From an uncultured SAR324 cluster bacterium (GTDB lineage Bacteria; SAR324; NAC60-12), in assembly GCA_902590435.1 (NCBI GenBank), contig CACIWU010000003.1, forward strand, positions 1 to 55,712: DNA of 55,712 nucleotides. The letters are read 5' to 3'. This document shows positions 52,335 through 55,712 of the stretch, piece after piece. Each line of letters starts with the position of its first letter. The first letter of the stretch is position 1. Made by a program: the position numbers and the translations under genes. The notes beneath the pieces were generated by a model. It made no database searches. It saw only the letters and a list, made by a program, of their open reading frames with translations, and was not told the origin of the DNA.

Positions 52335-53609
52335 TTAATTCTCAATAATCCTCATAGGATTATTTGGATGAGTCGTCCAGTTCTGATATTCTTTAGCTGA
52401 ATCTACTCGTTCCATAGTTATACAATTAGGGACAGGACATGCTAACATGCATAGATTACAGCCAACGCAATTATCGTCAATAACTTCAAAACTCTTTACT
52501 CCATTTTCTTTAATTACTCGAATAGCCTGATGAGATCCATCTTCACAAGAAATGTGGCATAAACCACAACTTATGCAAGTAGACTCATCAATTCTAGCTT
52601 TGACATCATAATTAAGGTTTAGATATTGATAGTCAGTAACATTAGGAATTGCCATTCCTCTGAAGTCATCGATATTTTCATAGCCCTTATCGTCCATCCA
52701 TGTATTTAGACCATCTATCATATCATCAACAATTTTGAATCCAAAATGCATTGCTGCTGTACATACTTGCACACCACTAGCTCCCATAGCCATAAATTCA
52801 GTAGCGTCTCTCCAATTTGAAATACCACCAATAGCTGAGATTGGCAGATTATTTGTATCTGGATCTTTTGCTATCTCAGTTACCATGTGCAAAGCTATCG
52901 GTTTAACAGCTGGGCCACAGTAGCCACCATGAGATCCTTTGCCATCAATTGTAGGCTCTGGAGCCATCTGATCAAGATCAACTGAAACTATGGAGTTTAT
53001 TGTATTGATCAAAGAAACCGCATCTCCTCCTCCATTTTTTGCTGCATTTGCTGCTTTGCGAATGTCAGTTACATTCGGAGTAAGTTTTACTATGCATGGT
53101 AAATCAGAGCAGTCTTTAACCCAATGAGTTACCATTTCTATATATTCTGGAACTTGTCCTACAGCTGCTCCCATTCCTCTTTCTGACATTCCATGAGGGC
53201 AACCAAAATTTAACTCCACCCCGTCACAACCAGTATCCTCAATTTTTCTCATTATATACTTCCAGTCTTTTTCCTCGCATGGAACCATAAGAGAGACAAC
53301 CACAGCACGATCCTGCCAATTCTTTTTTACTTGTTTAATTTCTTTCAGATTTACTTCTAAAGGTCGATCTGTGATTAGCTCTAAGTTATTGAGTCCCATC
53401 AATCGCTGACCATTATAATGTACTGCACCATAACGAGAACTAACATTAACTATTGGAGGATCCATACCTAATGTTTTCCATACTACACCTCCCCAACCAG
53501 CCTCAAATGCTCTTTCTACATTGTAAATTTTATCTGTAGGCGGAGCAGAAGCCAACCAAAACGGATTGGGAGCTTGAATACCGCCAACATTACATTTTAA
53601 ATTTGCCAT
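52335..53609 (-). CDS. preA: NAD-dependent dihydropyrimidine dehydrogenase subunit PreA (PydA)
   Basis: NPFWLASAPPT, VVWKTLG, ELNFGCPHGMSERGMG, KLTPN, GGYCGPAVKP and C-terminal 2x[4Fe-4S] motifs. Confidence 0.98.
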   Translation of the reverse strand: MANLKCNVGGIQAPNPFWLASAPPTDKIYNVERAFEAGWGGVVWKTLGMDPPIVNVSSRYGAVHYNGQRLMGLNNLELITDRPLEVNLKEIKQVKKNWQDRAVVVSLMVPCEEKDWKYIMRKIEDTGCDGVELNFGCPHGMSERGMGAAVGQVPEYIEMVTHWVKDCSDLPCIVKLTPNVTDIRKAANAAKNGGGDAVSLINTINSIVSVDLDQMAPEPTIDGKGSHGGYCGPAVKPIALHMVTEIAKDPDTNNLPISAIGGISNWRDATEFMAMGASGVQVCTAAMHFGFKIVDDMIDGLNTWMDDKGYENIDDFRGMAIPNVTDYQYLNLNYDVKARIDESTCISCGLCHISCEDGSHQAIRVIKENGVKSFEVIDDNCVGCNLCMLACPVPNCITMERVDSAKEYQNWTTHPNNPMRIIEN

Positions 53610-53641
53610 AACTATCTTTTGGTTAAATTAAGAACTTCGAA

Positions 53642-54991
53642 CTACTTTATGTTTGTCAATTTTTCATTAATCGCTATTGCTGCTTGTTTTCCATCTTCAA
53701 CTGCTTGCACTGTTAAATCTTCTCCTGAATTAATACAATCACCTCCAGCCCAAACAAGAGGAATTGAGGTTTCTAATTTTGAATTAACAGCTATTTTTCC
53801 CTTTTCAATTTTTATATTTTCAAATTCTGAATCAAAATCATCCTCCAATAATTGACCAATTGCTTTATAAACCACATCTGCTTCCATGAAACGAACATCT
53901 CCAGTAAAGAATGTTTTTCCATCAGAATCCAATTCTGTACAATCAAATTCAATACCTGAAACGTGACCATTTTCAGAATGCAAACTTTTTGGAGATACCC
54001 AATATTTTATTCTAACACCGTTATTTTGCGCAAATTCAATCTCTTTCCAAGTCGCTTTCATTTGTTTAGGTCCACGCCGGTATGCCAGGGTTACATCTTC
54101 TGCTCCAAGTTTTTTAGTCTGCACAGCAATATCTATTGCCGTACTTCCTCCCCCAATCACTACTATTCGTCGACCTATTGGTAGATCTGCCAAATTTTTG
54201 GATTGTCGTAGCTCAGAAATCTTTTCAACGGCATCATAAACGCCATTCATACTTGCACCTTTAAGCCCAAGAGAATTTACATTACCTAAACCAATGCTTA
54301 AAAAAACTGCGTCAAATTCATCCTGGAGATTTTTAAGTTGAAAATCTTTCCCTAAACTCTTATTATTTCGTATTTCAATTCCGCCAATATTTAGAATAAA
54401 TTCAACTTCTCTTTGAGCAAAATTATCCACAGTTTTATATGCAGCGATTCCATATTCGTTTAATCCACTTAATTTTTCTCTTGATTCAAATACTACTACC
54501 TCATGACCAAAAATAGCTAGCTTATGAGCACATGAAAGGCCCGCAGGTCCTCCCCCGATTACAGCAACCCTTTTGTTTGTGGACTTACCTCTTTCAAAAA
54601 ATGTCTCGCCCGTTTCTAAAAACCAGTCCGTCGCGTAACGCTGTAATTCTCCAATACGAACTGGCTGATTTTCACCGGTATGCCGCACACATGCACCTTC
54701 ACAGAGAGATTCTGTAGGACAAACTCGGGCACACATTCCACCCATAATATTTTGAGTAAGGATATCTTTTGCTGAACCTTTGAGGTTACCGGTAGAAATC
54801 TTGCGTATAAAATTTGGTATGTCGATGGCTGTAGGACATGCTTCAACACAAGGTGCATCGTGACAAAAATAGCATCGATTTGACTCAACCAGTGCATTCC
54901 CAGGACTCAATGGAGGATGCACATCAGCAAAATTCTTTGTTATATCCTCCTTTGACAATCGTCCTGAGCGAACATCTATATTTGTTACCAT
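53642..54991 (-). CDS. preT: Dihydropyrimidine dehydrogenase subunit PreT (PydX, GltD-like)
   Basis: RCYFCHDAPCVEACPT, CARVCPTESLCEGAC, GGGPAGL, GGGSTAID and AGGDC motifs. Confidence 0.95.
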   Translation of the reverse strand: MVTNIDVRSGRLSKEDITKNFADVHPPLSPGNALVESNRCYFCHDAPCVEACPTAIDIPNFIRKISTGNLKGSAKDILTQNIMGGMCARVCPTESLCEGACVRHTGENQPVRIGELQRYATDWFLETGETFFERGKSTNKRVAVIGGGPAGLSCAHKLAIFGHEVVVFESREKLSGLNEYGIAAYKTVDNFAQREVEFILNIGGIEIRNNKSLGKDFQLKNLQDEFDAVFLSIGLGNVNSLGLKGASMNGVYDAVEKISELRQSKNLADLPIGRRIVVIGGGSTAIDIAVQTKKLGAEDVTLAYRRGPKQMKATWKEIEFAQNNGVRIKYWVSPKSLHSENGHVSGIEFDCTELDSDGKTFFTGDVRFMEADVVYKAIGQLLEDDFDSEFENIKIEKGKIAVNSKLETSIPLVWAGGDCINSGEDLTVQAVEDGKQAAIAINEKLTNIK

Positions 54992-55040
54992 TTGCCTCTA
55001 TAATTCAATATTTAAGTTTTCACTAAAAACCTTATTAAAC

Positions 55041-55712
55041 TTATTGAAGTTCAGTAAGATCTGCATATGTTTCTGGACGACGATCTCTATAAAACTGCCA
55101 AAGATTCCTAATTTCTCTAACCGCATCCATATCCATATCATGAACAAGTAACCCGTCACTATGATCATCAAGTTGTGCTTCAATTTTTCCACGAGGATTT
55201 ACAATGTAACTTGAACCATAAAAAGTCCCTATGCTCCATGGTTCCTCTGTACCGACTCTATTTATTGCCCCTATATAGCATCCATTAGCTGCAGCTGATG
55301 CAGGTTGTTCCAATTCCCACAAATATTGCGATAGACCAGCAACAGTTGCTGAAGGGTTAACAATATACTCCGCTCCATTCAATGCAAGAGCTCTCCAACC
55401 TTCTGGGAAGTGTCGATCATAGCATATATATACCCCCAGTTTACAGTATGCAGTTTCAAAAACTGGATATCCCAGATTTCCTGGTTTGAAAAAAAACTTT
55501 TCATAAAATCCTGCGACTTGAGGTATATGAGATTTTCGATATTTTCCTAAATACTCTCCATTTGCATCAATAACAGCGGCAGTATTGTAATAAACTCCTG
55601 TCATTTCTTCTTCATAAATGGGAACGACAATAACCATATTATGTTTTTTTGCATATTCCTGCATAAGTTTGGTTGTAGGGCCTTCAGGAATTTTTTCAAC
55701 AGCTGCATACCA
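55041..55712 (-). CDS. Nitrilase-family beta-ureidopropionase (N-carbamoyl-beta-alanine amidohydrolase); 5' end beyond window
   Basis: YYNTAAVID, KYRKSHIP (catalytic Lys), YEKFFF and ICYDRHFPE (catalytic Cys). The frame is open to 55712 (WYAAVEKIPEGPTTKL). Confidence 0.9.
   Translation of the reverse strand, partial: WYAAVEKIPEGPTTKLMQEYAKKHNMVIVVPIYEEEMTGVYYNTAAVIDANGEYLGKYRKSHIPQVAGFYEKFFFKPGNLGYPVFETAYCKLGVYICYDRHFPEGWRALALNGAEYIVNPSATVAGLSQYLWELEQPASAAANGCYIGAINRVGTEEPWSIGTFYGSSYIVNPRGKIEAQLDDHSDGLLVHDMDMDAVREIRNLWQFYRDRRPETYADLTELQ

Noticed and set aside
54423-54431. Perfect DnaA box TTATCCACA
   Set aside because: Single copy inside preT, with no cluster or oriC context.

Overview
An AT-rich (roughly 30-33% GC by eye, not computed) bacterial chromosomal segment, densely coding and mostly on the minus strand. 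The gene set suggests a marine deltaproteobacteria-like lineage such as SAR324; this is inference only. Housekeeping genes include hisS, lspA, rsmA, dnaB, rplI, rpsR, rpsF, ychF, pth, rplY, alr, galU, ligA, rarA and trmFO. Metabolic and accessory genes include pyk, a flavoprotein lacking its redox cysteines, a ThDP enzyme, a glutamate-synthase-like FMN protein, moaA under a clear Moco riboswitch, ydiJ, comC with lutA, AmmeMemoRadiSam S and B, an AMP nucleosidase, and a reductive pyrimidine degradation operon with its ABC transporter that runs off the right edge. One REP-associated-type tyrosine transposase is present. I saw no rRNA, tRNA, CRISPR array or prophage. The most notable observations are: (1) several apparent pseudoenzymes (an IspB-like protein lacking both DDxxD motifs, an SthA/Lpd-like flavoprotein lacking both redox Cys, and an S41-like protein lacking the catalytic Ser); (2) a co-directional pyruvate-centred gene run that may encode an undescribed redox route; (3) two distant ~65-aa Cys-containing lipoprotein ORFs that align with each other; (4) a divergent EAL protein coupled to a seven-repeat FG-GAP lipoprotein; (5) an orphan LutA joined to a sulfolactate-dehydrogenase-like gene; and (6) long charged tails on ribosomal proteins.
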